A stretch of 53,113 bases of DNA from Candidatus Thorarchaeota archaeon SMTZ1-45 (GCA_001563335.1 LRSL01000038.1:1-53113), one strand, 5' to 3'; positions 17,340 to 27,597 are shown, counted from the stretch's first letter. Translations and numbers: made by a program. Notes: generated by a model not told the origin, from the letters alone.

Positions 17340-19319
17340 CTAATCCTCGACATCTTTTGGAAGAAGTCGGACTTGGCTAATTAGACCACTAACATCAGCG
17401 TCCCATGTTCCATCATCTTTCAGTAATCGCTGATACAGATTATTTCTGTAAGCGATGTATGAAGATATTGGTAATGCGCGAAGATGAACACCATTCTCAG
17501 ATGCTACTTGAGGTAATACTGTTAGAAGATCATATGCTTTGTCTTCAGGAATTCGAGTCATTATAAGACTGGTTTTGCCATCCTTTGTAATTCGGACATT
17601 AGCACTAGGAGCATGTTTCAAAAATGATCTAGATAATGAACAGACAGGGGAAGAAGGTCCTTCTACAAAGATACAAGCAGATGTCAGTTTATGTAGAACT
17701 GATGAATAATGTAAAGAGAGAACTCCTTTCTCTCTTAGGTGTACCAATTCATCCTCAATAACCTGATTTTTGATATTGAAATAATTAGAATATTGATTTG
17801 TTTCTAGTGATGTTAGATATAATCCCCATGAAATCAAATCTAAAATTTTGGCTTGTCGCTGATTGATACTGATAGGTGACTTGTTTTGCCAACCACCAAA
17901 CTCATTTCTTAGTTGTCTTAAGCTACGTTTTCGTTCCAATGATTTGATTAAAATCGAGCTGTTTATAGACCACCTTCGATTTCTATTATTGTAGAGCGAC
18001 AAATGTAGTGAACTCATCTCCCAATCAATTACATGGATTTTTTTTAGAATTCTTGTCACCCTTTCTACCGCATTTGGTGGCATGACCATAATTTGCACTT
18101 GAGGAGCTTTGCTGGTTTGAAATCCCAGTTTCGCTGACATCTCAAGATGTTTATGAGGCCATTTGTGAGCTGCACCGTAATAGATTGCAGTCTTCAGACC
18201 TACTGATTTTCGCTGAACATATCCCCTCATGAAAAAGCCCATTCTTGATAAAACAAGTCGATCACTCCACGAGGTTTTTGATTTCATAGCTTCTTCCTTT
18301 GTCACAGGAAGTTTTGTCAGGATTTTTCCCTGTGTGTTTAATGTCTGCGCGTATTTGATAACACACTTCATCATATCTGGAAACATCTCTTGAATTTTAA
18401 CTTCTGCTCGGACCCAAGGGTTTTGAATTTCAGTCTCAGGAATTGGTCTATCAGTCAATTCTAATAGACCTTGATCAGCCATCATCATAATCCTGACATA
18501 AGGGGGTGGTTTGACACCATCAATCAAACACAGCAAATGTCCCTCAACCAAAGTTCGAAATACATCAGCAGAGGAGTACCTTGTTCTAAAAACAATAGGA
18601 TCTTCATTCGGTATCTCTGATTTTCTAAGCCATCCTAAGAAAGCTAGCACTTGAGTTCGAATTGGTTGCGGAAAAGAAGAGGGTACGAGCGGTTCAAGCG
18701 TTTCTCTTATTGTGTCTTTGATTGTCAGATTTGGTATTGTGACATCTTCTACAAGAGAGGCAATAAAGGGCCATGAAGGAGATTCTGAAGTTAGTAGGTC
18801 AAAAATTTCAGGCCTTTCTGTTCTGCTATGGAATATATCTTTGTGAACTACCAAATCTCGCTTCATGGATAAAAGAGATACTTCATATTTGTGAATCAGA
18901 TATGCATCAATTAGAACTCCATCTTCAATGTCAGAAATTGAAAGAAGAAATCGATTATCATTCACTAATGATTGAATAGTAAATATGACGTTTGGTACTC
19001 CATCAACAACATGTACTATCCAATTTCCAGTGCTGGCGGGATACATCATGTCTTCGCCAACAGGTCGTGAAGAGTATCTCATCTTTAAGATCAAGATTGG
19101 TCTGAAACTAATGAGTTCATTCTCATCAAATTCCAGAGTTTTAATTCCCCCAAGATGATGCTTGGGAATTCTAAATGATACATCAGTCGCTCCTCGAATA
19201 GTGGTTCCATCTTCGAGTTTTATCTCAGGACCTTCTCTCCAGTACTTCAACATCCCTCTATGAGCTAAGCCATGAGTTGGATAAACTATCACATGGATTG
19301 ATGTCGACTCCTCGTTCAT
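17340..19319 (-). CDS. Large protein, distant paralog of 14521..16485 (C-terminal wHTH + AsnC-like)
   Basis: LHLSLYNNRNRRW; INQRQAKILDLI...FNIKNQVIEDELVHLREKGVL; SLIMTRIP; YIAYRNNLYQRL. Confidence 0.7.
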   Translation of the reverse strand: MNEESTSIHVIVYPTHGLAHRGMLKYWREGPEIKLEDGTTIRGATDVSFRIPKHHLGGIKTLEFDENELISFRPILILKMRYSSRPVGEDMMYPASTGNWIVHVVDGVPNVIFTIQSLVNDNRFLLSISDIEDGVLIDAYLIHKYEVSLLSMKRDLVVHKDIFHSRTERPEIFDLLTSESPSWPFIASLVEDVTIPNLTIKDTIRETLEPLVPSSFPQPIRTQVLAFLGWLRKSEIPNEDPIVFRTRYSSADVFRTLVEGHLLCLIDGVKPPPYVRIMMMADQGLLELTDRPIPETEIQNPWVRAEVKIQEMFPDMMKCVIKYAQTLNTQGKILTKLPVTKEEAMKSKTSWSDRLVLSRMGFFMRGYVQRKSVGLKTAIYYGAAHKWPHKHLEMSAKLGFQTSKAPQVQIMVMPPNAVERVTRILKKIHVIDWEMSSLHLSLYNNRNRRWSINSSILIKSLERKRSLRQLRNEFGGWQNKSPISINQRQAKILDLISWGLYLTSLETNQYSNYFNIKNQVIEDELVHLREKGVLSLHYSSVLHKLTSACIFVEGPSSPVCSLSRSFLKHAPSANVRITKDGKTSLIMTRIPEDKAYDLLTVLPQVASENGVHLRALPISSYIAYRNNLYQRLLKDDGTWDADVSGLISQVRLLPKDVED

Positions 19320-19845
19320 TGAAATCGGTATTTCCCTTGATTAAAAGAGGACTATATGTATCAACCGTTCAAAATAGTTATGGAAAAGAAAAATCACTCA
19401 GTGTAGTTCGATCTACACTGAGCTTGTTCGATTGTTGGTATCACCAAGGTTCTGGAGGTAAACCACTTGGATCACATTTCAATACAATGTAATCAAAGGG
19501 AGATTCAGAGACCTTGTTTATTTCATTAAACCGGTCGTTGTTGTGTTTGTACATGGTTCATTACCAAATAATAACACAGCAACAAAGCGTTATTGAAACA
19601 CAGCTTTCTACTTGCTAGTTTCTCAACAAGAATCAGTGTTGAATATTTCAAAATCGCCGCATTTTGATAGTAGTTGTTGGTGAGCTTATAAGGGACAAGC
19701 AAGCACAAAATAAGCTATATTGATTAGGAGATATGAGATTTAGATATGTGTTCTTTGGCGATTGAATTTTCCTTCTAATCAACAAAGATTCGTAAAATGA
19801 ACCTGAGGGTCCAGTGGACAGCTATTGGTTGATACTGATTAGAAA

Positions 19846-21036
19846 TTATTCGGTTTCAAAGAGTGACTGTTTGATGTTTGTAACCTTCTCAGCTTTAGTA
19901 ATCAAACTACGAAGTTTAAGTGCAACTTTTCGATTCCCCAAAGAGATACCACCAACCACAACATCATCTTTCAAAACAGCTTTATGATATTTTCCACCCT
20001 CTATGTCAACGGAAACAATTGACTCATAATCAGGAAATCCTGGATTAACAATACCAATACTTGTTAGCTCAATCCCTGCAACCTGCAGCTGATTTGATGG
20101 GGTAATGCCATTGAATTTTGCACTCCCAAATTCAATCATGTTCTGAGCGGCTATTCGAGAGCTTGCTGTTGCCCATGGAATTATTCCATACCATTCATTA
20201 TTCCACTCCATGCAGTCTCCAGCTGCAAACACACCTTTGGCAGAAGTCTGCATATAATCATCAACTGTAATCCCATGATGATAGCTAATTCCAGAATTCT
20301 TAGCAATAATAGTATTAGATCTAACACCAGTTGCTATAACAACCAAATCACCCTTGATCTCGTCTTTTTGTGCTGAAACAATGCCTGTAACATCTTCATC
20401 CCCTGAGAGTTCCCTACATTCGAATCCAAAAAGAACCTGAATTCCCTTCTTCTCTATCTGTTTTGTTAGTACCTTGCTTCCTTGATCATCAAGTTGAAGT
20501 GGAAGAAGACGGTCTTCATTCGTGACAACGATTGGATCGCCACCAATTTCCTTCATCGCTGCAGCTAATTCAATACCGAGCGGACCTCCACCGATGACAA
20601 TCTCTCGACCAGCACCCTCGACTGCTTTCCGGATATCAAGAGCATCGTCAAGCGTTCTGATAACATGGACGTTGTTTTTATGAAGTCCTTCGAAAGGTGG
20701 GATAAAAGGACGGCAACCTACAGCTATCATTATAGAGTCATACTGTTCATGGTCCATTGATGTTGATTTGATAGCCATCCTCTTTGTGTCTATTTGAAAA
20801 ACTGGAGTCGATAAATAGAGATTAACATCGTTTTTCTTGTACCAGTCAAGGTCATACCGTATTGTTTCTTTGATTGTACGTCGTTTTGCTATTAAATCTA
20901 TCAAATTTGGTCGAGGATAATATGGATGGCGTTCATCAGTGAAAACATCAATCTCAACAGTTTGATCTTTATCTCTAATCTCACGGACTGCTGTCGTTGA
21001 TGCTACACCATTTCCAATAATCCCGACTTTTATCAT
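19846..21036 (-). CDS. FAD/NAD(P)H-dependent oxidoreductase (rubredoxin reductase / NirB N-terminal-like)
   Basis: IIGNGVAS, YYPRPNL, VIGGGPLGIE, DLVVIATGVRSN and GVFAAGDC. Confidence 0.9.
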   Translation of the reverse strand: MIKVGIIGNGVASTTAVREIRDKDQTVEIDVFTDERHPYYPRPNLIDLIAKRRTIKETIRYDLDWYKKNDVNLYLSTPVFQIDTKRMAIKSTSMDHEQYDSIMIAVGCRPFIPPFEGLHKNNVHVIRTLDDALDIRKAVEGAGREIVIGGGPLGIELAAAMKEIGGDPIVVTNEDRLLPLQLDDQGSKVLTKQIEKKGIQVLFGFECRELSGDEDVTGIVSAQKDEIKGDLVVIATGVRSNTIIAKNSGISYHHGITVDDYMQTSAKGVFAAGDCMEWNNEWYGIIPWATASSRIAAQNMIEFGSAKFNGITPSNQLQVAGIELTSIGIVNPGFPDYESIVSVDIEGGKYHKAVLKDDVVVGGISLGNRKVALKLRSLITKAEKVTNIKQSLFETE

Positions 21037-21156
21037 GGTTGATGCTCCTTTGAGCCATTGATTGATGCATTTCCTTATTGAGTATGTCGTATTGACAGTA
21101 ATCAGTCAAAACATGCAATCACACTCTTTTTTAATGTCACATCAGTTTGATTAGTC

Positions 21157-21909
21157 ATGGGAGAGCAGAAATCCAAACCTAGCAGGATAAAAGCAGTCCT
21201 CTTTGATATGCATAAAACGCTAACAGATGTTGAAGAGGAATTTATCTCCTTGACAAGACAAGTAGCTCGAACTGTGGGAATTGATTTGACACCATTCTCA
21301 GATGATGAAATTCTCACAGCATTGGAAAGTTTCGATGATTGGTTTACGTGTTTTCAAATCGAAAATGATGTTGATATCCACTATGGAAATGAGATAGAAC
21401 ACTGGACTGAAGCAAATAGGGTGATGTTTGAAGCAATAGGAATTACAGGTCTTTCCGATGACATCTTGATATCTGTTGAAAAGAAATGGAGAGAACGTCT
21501 TAAGACATGGGAAATGCTTCGACCAGAAGCAAAATCCACAATTTATGAGTTGCACAAGCGAGGCTATCCACTTGGTGTGTGCACGAGGCGTCCTGATGAT
21601 CCATCATATCTATTGAGAGAATGGGGGATTCTTGATAAATTCTCCACTGTCAGATGGACTTCAGTTCCTGGATATGCAAAACCCTATCCATACACATTGA
21701 TTCTTGCAGCTGATGATCTTGGAGTGAATCCACAAAACTGTGCGTTTGTTGGAAATTCAGTTGATGTAGATGTTGTCGCGGCTCAACGAGCTGGAATGAC
21801 CCCGGTACTCGCAACATGGGCATATACAGAAGAGGTAGTAGAAACACCCGAAGGAACATACATCATAAACAAAGTTTCAGAGCTTTTGGATCTTCTTATT
21901 GAATTATAA
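21157..21909 (+). CDS. HAD-superfamily hydrolase (subclass IA)
   Basis: AVLFDMHKTL, GVCT, AKPYP and FVGNSVDVDVVAAQRAGM. Confidence 0.85.
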   Translation: MGEQKSKPSRIKAVLFDMHKTLTDVEEEFISLTRQVARTVGIDLTPFSDDEILTALESFDDWFTCFQIENDVDIHYGNEIEHWTEANRVMFEAIGITGLSDDILISVEKKWRERLKTWEMLRPEAKSTIYELHKRGYPLGVCTRRPDDPSYLLREWGILDKFSTVRWTSVPGYAKPYPYTLILAADDLGVNPQNCAFVGNSVDVDVVAAQRAGMTPVLATWAYTEEVVETPEGTYIINKVSELLDLLIEL

Positions 21910-21920
21910 TCTTCGAATAA

Positions 21921-23324
21921 TCAATTCTCGTCTTCTTCATTCGATTCGTTGTTTTCCATGATGTTTGAATCATTTGGAAGGCCCTTTTCTCGGAGTGGCA
22001 GGAGTCTGCTTATCATGTTGAATAGAAACGCTCTAAATGATGTGAAGAGCCGAAATGGGAGTATTAGGGGACTAAGTAGAAATCGAAGTATCTTATTCTT
22101 CATGGTTGCTTTTTCAGGATATCCAATATATGCAAGAGAATGTTCACGAAGGATATCCTCTAAGGCAACAATAAGAGCTTCCTTTGCTAATTGTGTTAGA
22201 TCAAGACTCTTGAATATATCACTGCTACTGAAATCTTTTCTTTCAACAACACTTTTCCATTTGAGATACTTTGCTTTTTCAATGATGTCAGTTAATGAAT
22301 ATGCAAGCTCTCCAATATATGGAATGAGTGTTTTTTGTACTTCAGTTGGTGTTGGCTCATATGATAACTCATGATGCATTTTCTCAATAGCAAACATCTG
22401 TTTTAATGGAGGTTTGAACCATAGTACATGGAGAAGACCTTCTATTTTTCGTAGAGTTGTTCTATCTCTCTCCTCAATGTGGTCTGGAATCTTGTCAAGG
22501 ACTTTCTCTTTTGCCTTGTCTACAGCCCCTCCACTAAGCTCTCTCCAAATTCTATCAAGTTCAAGAACAGCCTTTGCGTATCTATTGAATTTGAAATCAA
22601 GGTATTCTTCAATGTCCCTTGGAGTCAGAACATCAATGGACTTTATATCAAAAGAAGTAATTCCCCCTGCAATTTCCCAAAGACGTTTTGTGAAGAAATC
22701 AATTGTATTTGAACATTCAGGACACTCAATCCTTAATGCATGGTCTCCAGGTTGAGCAACTATGAAGCATGATTGCAAAGCATTTTCTATTGATGTAAAG
22801 GATGGGAGGTCAATTGGGAAAAGGTCCATCACTCCGTGTCCTGCTGTTGACCAAGCAGAAAGACGATTATTCCTTTTGTCCAATTCAACAATGATTCGTT
22901 CCTTATCACCAAGATGATCAAATTGTTGTGTGAAACCCTTTGAGTATGCCATCACTGCATAGAGAACATACCTTTCTTTGGATGAGTCAAGACCTGGCAT
23001 TTTCAAAATCAAACCTACAGCATCCAGTGGTTCACCTTCAGACAACCACGCACCAGTAGCCTGGTCAAATTCCCATCGATCACCCAATTCATAGAAGACA
23101 TCTCTAAGACTTCTGAGGTCCACTGCTTCTTGTGCCTTCTTGAGAGTTTCACGTTCCCATTGTTCATATTCCCGTAATAGCTTAGACATACTTTTTCGTT
23201 CTAATTCAAGCCACTGTGTTTCGATTTTTAGCTTGACCTTCAAGTAGGAGTCCTCTTCTTTTTTCTGCAGTGTTTCTAAAATCGTTGTGGTTTGAGGCCT
23301 CTTATGACTATCGTAATTAGTCAT
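21921..23324 (-). CDS. Hypothetical protein with a Vps62/NPP1-like HxxD(W/K)E motif
   Basis: YAVMAY...DHLGDKERIIVELD...WSTAGHG...FIVAQPGDHAL. Alternative start at 23189. Confidence 0.6.
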   Translation of the reverse strand: MTNYDSHKRPQTTTILETLQKKEEDSYLKVKLKIETQWLELERKSMSKLLREYEQWERETLKKAQEAVDLRSLRDVFYELGDRWEFDQATGAWLSEGEPLDAVGLILKMPGLDSSKERYVLYAVMAYSKGFTQQFDHLGDKERIIVELDKRNNRLSAWSTAGHGVMDLFPIDLPSFTSIENALQSCFIVAQPGDHALRIECPECSNTIDFFTKRLWEIAGGITSFDIKSIDVLTPRDIEEYLDFKFNRYAKAVLELDRIWRELSGGAVDKAKEKVLDKIPDHIEERDRTTLRKIEGLLHVLWFKPPLKQMFAIEKMHHELSYEPTPTEVQKTLIPYIGELAYSLTDIIEKAKYLKWKSVVERKDFSSSDIFKSLDLTQLAKEALIVALEDILREHSLAYIGYPEKATMKNKILRFLLSPLILPFRLFTSFRAFLFNMISRLLPLREKGLPNDSNIMENNESNEEDEN

Positions 23325-24379
23325 GACGAATTACTAAAAATCAAGAGAGAATGTATATCAGAAAAAACTTTAGCAGTCATTTTTGCCGCTTCATCAATCA
23401 GTGAAGGACTTGTAACAAATGAAGTCCTGTTATTAACGGAGAAGGATGATCTTTCATTAAGAATCTCTACAATATATACCGAGGGAGTTTCAGTTTGTTT
23501 TACTTTCCAACCATTCTCTTGAATTATAGGTTCATATGTTAGTCTATCATAGATGCCCTGCACTTTGGCGTTCTTTGTTTTAACAACAATACGCTCTAGT
23601 TCATTGGATGGAAAGCCCATGTGATAATTCAAGCTTGATTCGTCAGGGAAGGTTATTTTGACACTGAAATCTTCTAGAACTAAATTTGTTCGTCGTTCAA
23701 TCACATGTACAAAATTTTTGATTCTAATTTCAGATAGACTTGTGTCTATATCCCACAATCTTTTTTCAACAAAATATTGGAGATGACTTAGATCATCTTC
23801 AAAACCGTAATCTCGTCTTATTCTGTAACCACTTAGATAGCTCATGAGTGAAGCTATAAGAAAAACAAGAGTACCAAGAAGACATAATGGATGTCCACCA
23901 ATCCCAAAAAAGAATGATGTTGATGAAATAGCAGCCCAAACAAGTATTCCAAACCATGAAAGGTCATTTAGATCATCTAAACTTCCTTTGTCAAATTTTG
24001 AGATGTTAATGTCAATCTTTTCAAAAATCAGTGGGATTTCACCAAGATGAATCTCTACAGTGTGATGCTTCCCATTATCAGAGATTTTTGCAGGGTCAAT
24101 AAATTGGAGATTCTCTCGGTTAGATACTCCAAGATCATAATATGCTCTTGTGGCAGGAAAACCCATAGCAATCTGAGATATGAATAGGAGGAGTGTAGAC
24201 ATAACAGTACGAATTGTTGAGCAGACTATCCAGAGAAATGCAGTGTATACAAGTCCAATAAGCAAACTAATTGCGAGCATAAATATATGATTCTTTCTCG
24301 CAGTCGAGCTATCAATTAAGACTAGTCGCTTTGATGATACCTCCTCCAATTTGCTCATTGCTCTCCTCACCCTCATCAT
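23321..24379 (-). CDS. Membrane protein (two TM hairpins plus a soluble C-terminal domain)
   Basis: Four hydrophobic helices; 4-nt overlap with the downstream gene. Confidence 0.7.
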   Translation of the reverse strand: MMRVRRAMSKLEEVSSKRLVLIDSSTARKNHIFMLAISLLIGLVYTAFLWIVCSTIRTVMSTLLLFISQIAMGFPATRAYYDLGVSNRENLQFIDPAKISDNGKHHTVEIHLGEIPLIFEKIDINISKFDKGSLDDLNDLSWFGILVWAAISSTSFFFGIGGHPLCLLGTLVFLIASLMSYLSGYRIRRDYGFEDDLSHLQYFVEKRLWDIDTSLSEIRIKNFVHVIERRTNLVLEDFSVKITFPDESSLNYHMGFPSNELERIVVKTKNAKVQGIYDRLTYEPIIQENGWKVKQTETPSVYIVEILNERSSFSVNNRTSFVTSPSLIDEAAKMTAKVFSDIHSLLIFSNSS

Positions 24380-24438
24380 TTCATGGGTGGTATAAAGTCT
24401 TGATGATTAAAGCGGTCTTTGTAGGATCCTTAACCAAT

Positions 24439-24825
24439 TTAATCAATAAAGAAAACATCACCCTGATTTTCTACAGCTTCAATTCGAATATGCATATCAT
24501 TCTCAAGGACATACGTTGCATCAATCACCTTTACAATAGCTATAGCTCCATGTTGAGTTGCGTATGTTGCGAATTGGCTTATGGATTCACCAAATTCCGC
24601 AAGTATTGCTGTTACTTCTTCAAATAGGCGTTTCATCGAGTCGGGATTCTTGTTAAAATAAGCCTCCAAATCATGATGTAAAACAGGGATAGAATCTGCA
24701 GCCCATTCTCTCTCTAGGTCTTCTGGTTCACATACAATCACAACTCTGCCAGAGAACTCCCCAGCTTCACTAACAGATTCACCTCTAAGGATTGGAAAGA
24801 CCGGTGCTTCTTCACTTTTACTCAC
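24439..24825 (-). CDS. Stand-alone PEP-utiliser mobile (swivelling phospho-His) domain-like protein lacking the His
   Basis: LRGESVSEAGEFSGRVVIV ... AILAEFGESISQFATYATQHGAIAIVKVIDAT..LEND..IRIEA...GDV. Confidence 0.7.
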   Translation of the reverse strand: MSKSEEAPVFPILRGESVSEAGEFSGRVVIVCEPEDLEREWAADSIPVLHHDLEAYFNKNPDSMKRLFEEVTAILAEFGESISQFATYATQHGAIAIVKVIDATYVLENDMHIRIEAVENQGDVFFID

Positions 24826-24968
24826 AGTTCAACACGCTCTTCTGAGTGATGAGTAATGTCACTACGATTGGATAGCTGAAACTTTAACGTTTCGGAGAAG
24901 GTCAGGACAGTATTTGACCTACCTTCAACCTAATAACGGAGTAACATTTTGACTTCATTGGTGTCAAA

Positions 24969-25496
24969 ATGGCTGTTTATGAGTTCGAGAAGAGAGTACC
25001 TGTCATAGGGGAAACATCCTATGTGAGTCACTCAGCTTCAGTAATTGGAAAAGTCACAATTGGTGAAGAATGCTATATTGCCCCTGGAGCTTCTGTGAAA
25101 GGAGACTATGGCGAGATTCATGTTGGTAACGGAACAAGCATACAGGACAATGTGATTATTCATGCGCGACCTAGTGAGCAAACAGTAATTGGAAATAATG
25201 TAACATTGGGTCATGGATGCATAATTCACAACGCCACTGTGAAAGATGATGCAGTTATCGGGATGGGAGCGATAGTTTCAGATTATTCCGTGGTAGGTGA
25301 ATGGGCAATCATTGGAGAGGGAGCAGTAGTAAGGGCGAGATTTGATGTTCCTGATGGCATGATTGCAGTTGGAGTACCAGCCAAGGTCATTGGGGAAGTC
25401 CAAGACCATCATAGAGAAGAATTGACAGGGTTCAAAGCAATCTATCGAGACCTTGCCAGAAGGTATCCTCTTGGTCTCAAGAAGCTCAAGGAGTAA
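24969..25496 (+). CDS. Gamma-class carbonic anhydrase family (YrdA/PaaY-like)
   Basis: Hexapeptide repeats; IQDNVIIH, LGHGCIIH and AVGVPAKV. Confidence 0.92.
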   Translation: MAVYEFEKRVPVIGETSYVSHSASVIGKVTIGEECYIAPGASVKGDYGEIHVGNGTSIQDNVIIHARPSEQTVIGNNVTLGHGCIIHNATVKDDAVIGMGAIVSDYSVVGEWAIIGEGAVVRARFDVPDGMIAVGVPAKVIGEVQDHHREELTGFKAIYRDLARRYPLGLKKLKE

Positions 25497-25512
25497 ACCA
25501 TCAATACAATAA

Positions 25513-25537
25513 TGAAGAGAGCGAGAAGCTCTCTTCA
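25513..25537. terminator. Hairpin between convergent genes
   Basis: TGAAGAGAGC-GAGAA-GCTCTCTTCA, a 10-bp stem. Confidence 0.6.
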
Positions 25538-25541
25538 CTTT

Positions 25542-26303
25542 CTAAACAAGGGAAACCATTCGATCTCTGTTGAATCTGCTATAAGCCAAACCCCAAGTGA
25601 CAACAAATAATGCTGCTGCAATGAGGATTGTAATGATATTTGAGAACCATACTGCAGCAGGATCAATACCTCCTGACTCCAGGGTGATCATTGGCAGAAT
25701 CATTGGTAAAATGAAAACCATTACAGTTGCACCAGACATCTGATATGCCTCATAGACACGCCGGACTCTTCCACTAATTAGAATCATAATTGAATTCATT
25801 GCTAATATCATGAGTGGACCTGCAGTGAGGATAAGAAACAATCCTGATATATCTGGTACAAGCATTGGTGCATAGCCTGCTATCAAAAACATTGAGATTG
25901 TCCCAATCTCTGAAACCAATACTGAACCTAAGAGAAGAGCTATACTTGGTATGAAAGAACTTAGAACCTTACCGATGAGTAGCTCTCTGTCAGTTAGTGG
26001 TGTACAAAGAAGAGGTTCCAATGTATTCTGTTCTCGTTCTCCTACAAGAGCATTCGCAGCTATAAGGGATGCAGGAATTATTGCAATTAAACCAAGCATG
26101 GGGGAGATAGTTGGGCCCAACATTTGCATAATTACATACAATTCAGTTGCATTTGGTGCAGTAAAGATGATAATCCCAACTGTGGCAAGCACCATTATAG
26201 GTCCAATTGCTGTTATTCCTATAAGACCGTATTTTACATAGCCTACTTTTAATGCCATTTTCAAGTCGGTTCTCGCAACAATCAAAGACTTGTCCAGAGC
26301 CAT
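25542..26303 (-). CDS. ABC-2 type exporter permease
   Basis: LVGEREQNTLEPLLCTPLTDRELLIGKVL; about 6 TM. Confidence 0.9.
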   Translation of the reverse strand: MALDKSLIVARTDLKMALKVGYVKYGLIGITAIGPIMVLATVGIIIFTAPNATELYVIMQMLGPTISPMLGLIAIIPASLIAANALVGEREQNTLEPLLCTPLTDRELLIGKVLSSFIPSIALLLGSVLVSEIGTISMFLIAGYAPMLVPDISGLFLILTAGPLMILAMNSIMILISGRVRRVYEAYQMSGATVMVFILPMILPMITLESGGIDPAAVWFSNIITILIAAALFVVTWGLAYSRFNRDRMVSLV

Positions 26304-27253
26304 TATGCAGTTCCTCCTTTTACTACCTCAAGATAGAGGTCTTCAAGCGTTGTTTCTTCTTCAGCAAATTCGACTATCTTAATACCATTTGAGAGTAGAG
26401 CTTGCATCAATGTCGAGTTGTTTTCTAGTGGATTCTCGATTACCACCGATATTGAGTCGACTTCCTCTTCTACTTCTTCAACGAAATTCATAGACTTAGC
26501 AACCGAGCTTGCCTTTCCGATATCACCAACAACCCGAATCCGAAACTCTTGTTTTGCTAACAGTTTAGACCGAAGTTCTCTTGTTGATCCATGCAGTACT
26601 ACTTTTCCCTTATCTATGATAGCAATCCTATCACAGATTCTTTGAACTTCAGGCAGGTTGTGTGAATTTATGAAGAAGGTCTGTTTGTACCTTTGAGACA
26701 AACTAAGTATAAGTTCTCGAACACGTTTAGCAGCGATTGGGTCTAAGGCGGAAGTGGGTTCATCTAGAAGCAAAACCTTAGGTCTATGAAGAATTGCTCG
26801 ACATAATGCAAGTCGTTGTCTGTTCCCAGTACTCAATTCACCTGCTCTGTCATCCTTTCTTTCCCAGAGCTCCATGAAAGTGAGTAGCTCTTCAATTCGT
26901 TCATGAATTTCATCTTTTGGTACTTCATAGAGTCTAGCAAAATACTCTAGATTCTCATAAGCGGTTAGTGAAGGGTAGATAGTGTGATTACTCTCTTCTG
27001 GTAGCACACCTGTGATTTCGCGAACTTGAACAGGATTTTCAATAATATCAAAACCACTTACAACTGCAGTTCCATCAGTTGGATGTAAAAGAGTACTCAA
27101 TAGACGAGTAGTTGTTGACTTACCAGCTCCATTCGGACCTAGAAGTCCGAAAATAGTACCGGCAGGGATACTGAGTTCCATATGGTCAACAGCAACCAAG
27201 TCACCAAAATTTTTTGTAAGTCCAGAGATTGATACCTCATCCAATTTAACCAC
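26303..27253 (-). CDS. ABC transporter ATP-binding protein
   Basis: GPNGAGKST, LSTGNRQR, LLLDEPT and H-loop NSH. Confidence 0.95.
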   Translation of the reverse strand: MVKLDEVSISGLTKNFGDLVAVDHMELSIPAGTIFGLLGPNGAGKSTTTRLLSTLLHPTDGTAVVSGFDIIENPVQVREITGVLPEESNHTIYPSLTAYENLEYFARLYEVPKDEIHERIEELLTFMELWERKDDRAGELSTGNRQRLALCRAILHRPKVLLLDEPTSALDPIAAKRVRELILSLSQRYKQTFFINSHNLPEVQRICDRIAIIDKGKVVLHGSTRELRSKLLAKQEFRIRVVGDIGKASSVAKSMNFVEEVEEEVDSISVVIENPLENNSTLMQALLSNGIKIVEFAEEETTLEDLYLEVVKGGTA

Positions 27254-27322
27254 ATCTCGATAGGATTATTTAACTGAAAAAATAAAAACATGATTAACTA
27301 GGAAATAGAATCTTGAATGTCT

Positions 27323-27577
27323 TTACCTAACTCTCATCATTTTTTCAACTACTGCGGTTTGAGTTTCTTTAATTCCAGGAATCTTGTGTATCTTCTGAAC
27401 AGTAATTTCATAAAGCTCCTCTAGATTGGCTGTTTCAAGAAGAACTACTACATCGTAACTTCCTGTTGTCACAGCAACAGCAGTAGCTTCATCAATCTTA
27501 CGAAGGGCTTCAACTACATCATCTGTCTTTCCAAGTTCAAGATCCATCAGAATATATGCAAGCACTTTTTCTGTCAT
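27323..27577 (-). CDS. Stand-alone Lrp/AsnC ligand-binding (RAM) domain protein
   Basis: AYILM...VTTGSYDVVV...IHKIPGIKETQT; no HTH. Confidence 0.88.
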   Translation of the reverse strand: MTEKVLAYILMDLELGKTDDVVEALRKIDEATAVAVTTGSYDVVVLLETANLEELYEITVQKIHKIPGIKETQTAVVEKMMRVR

Positions 27578-27597
27578 ACTCTCAACTCCTTAATCTA

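Noticed and set aside
19320-19845. Largest intergenic gap, with short ORFs 19277..19492 and 19526..19708
   Set aside because: AT-rich with no convincing RBS, repeat or stable structure; treated as a promoter region, although an ncRNA cannot be excluded.
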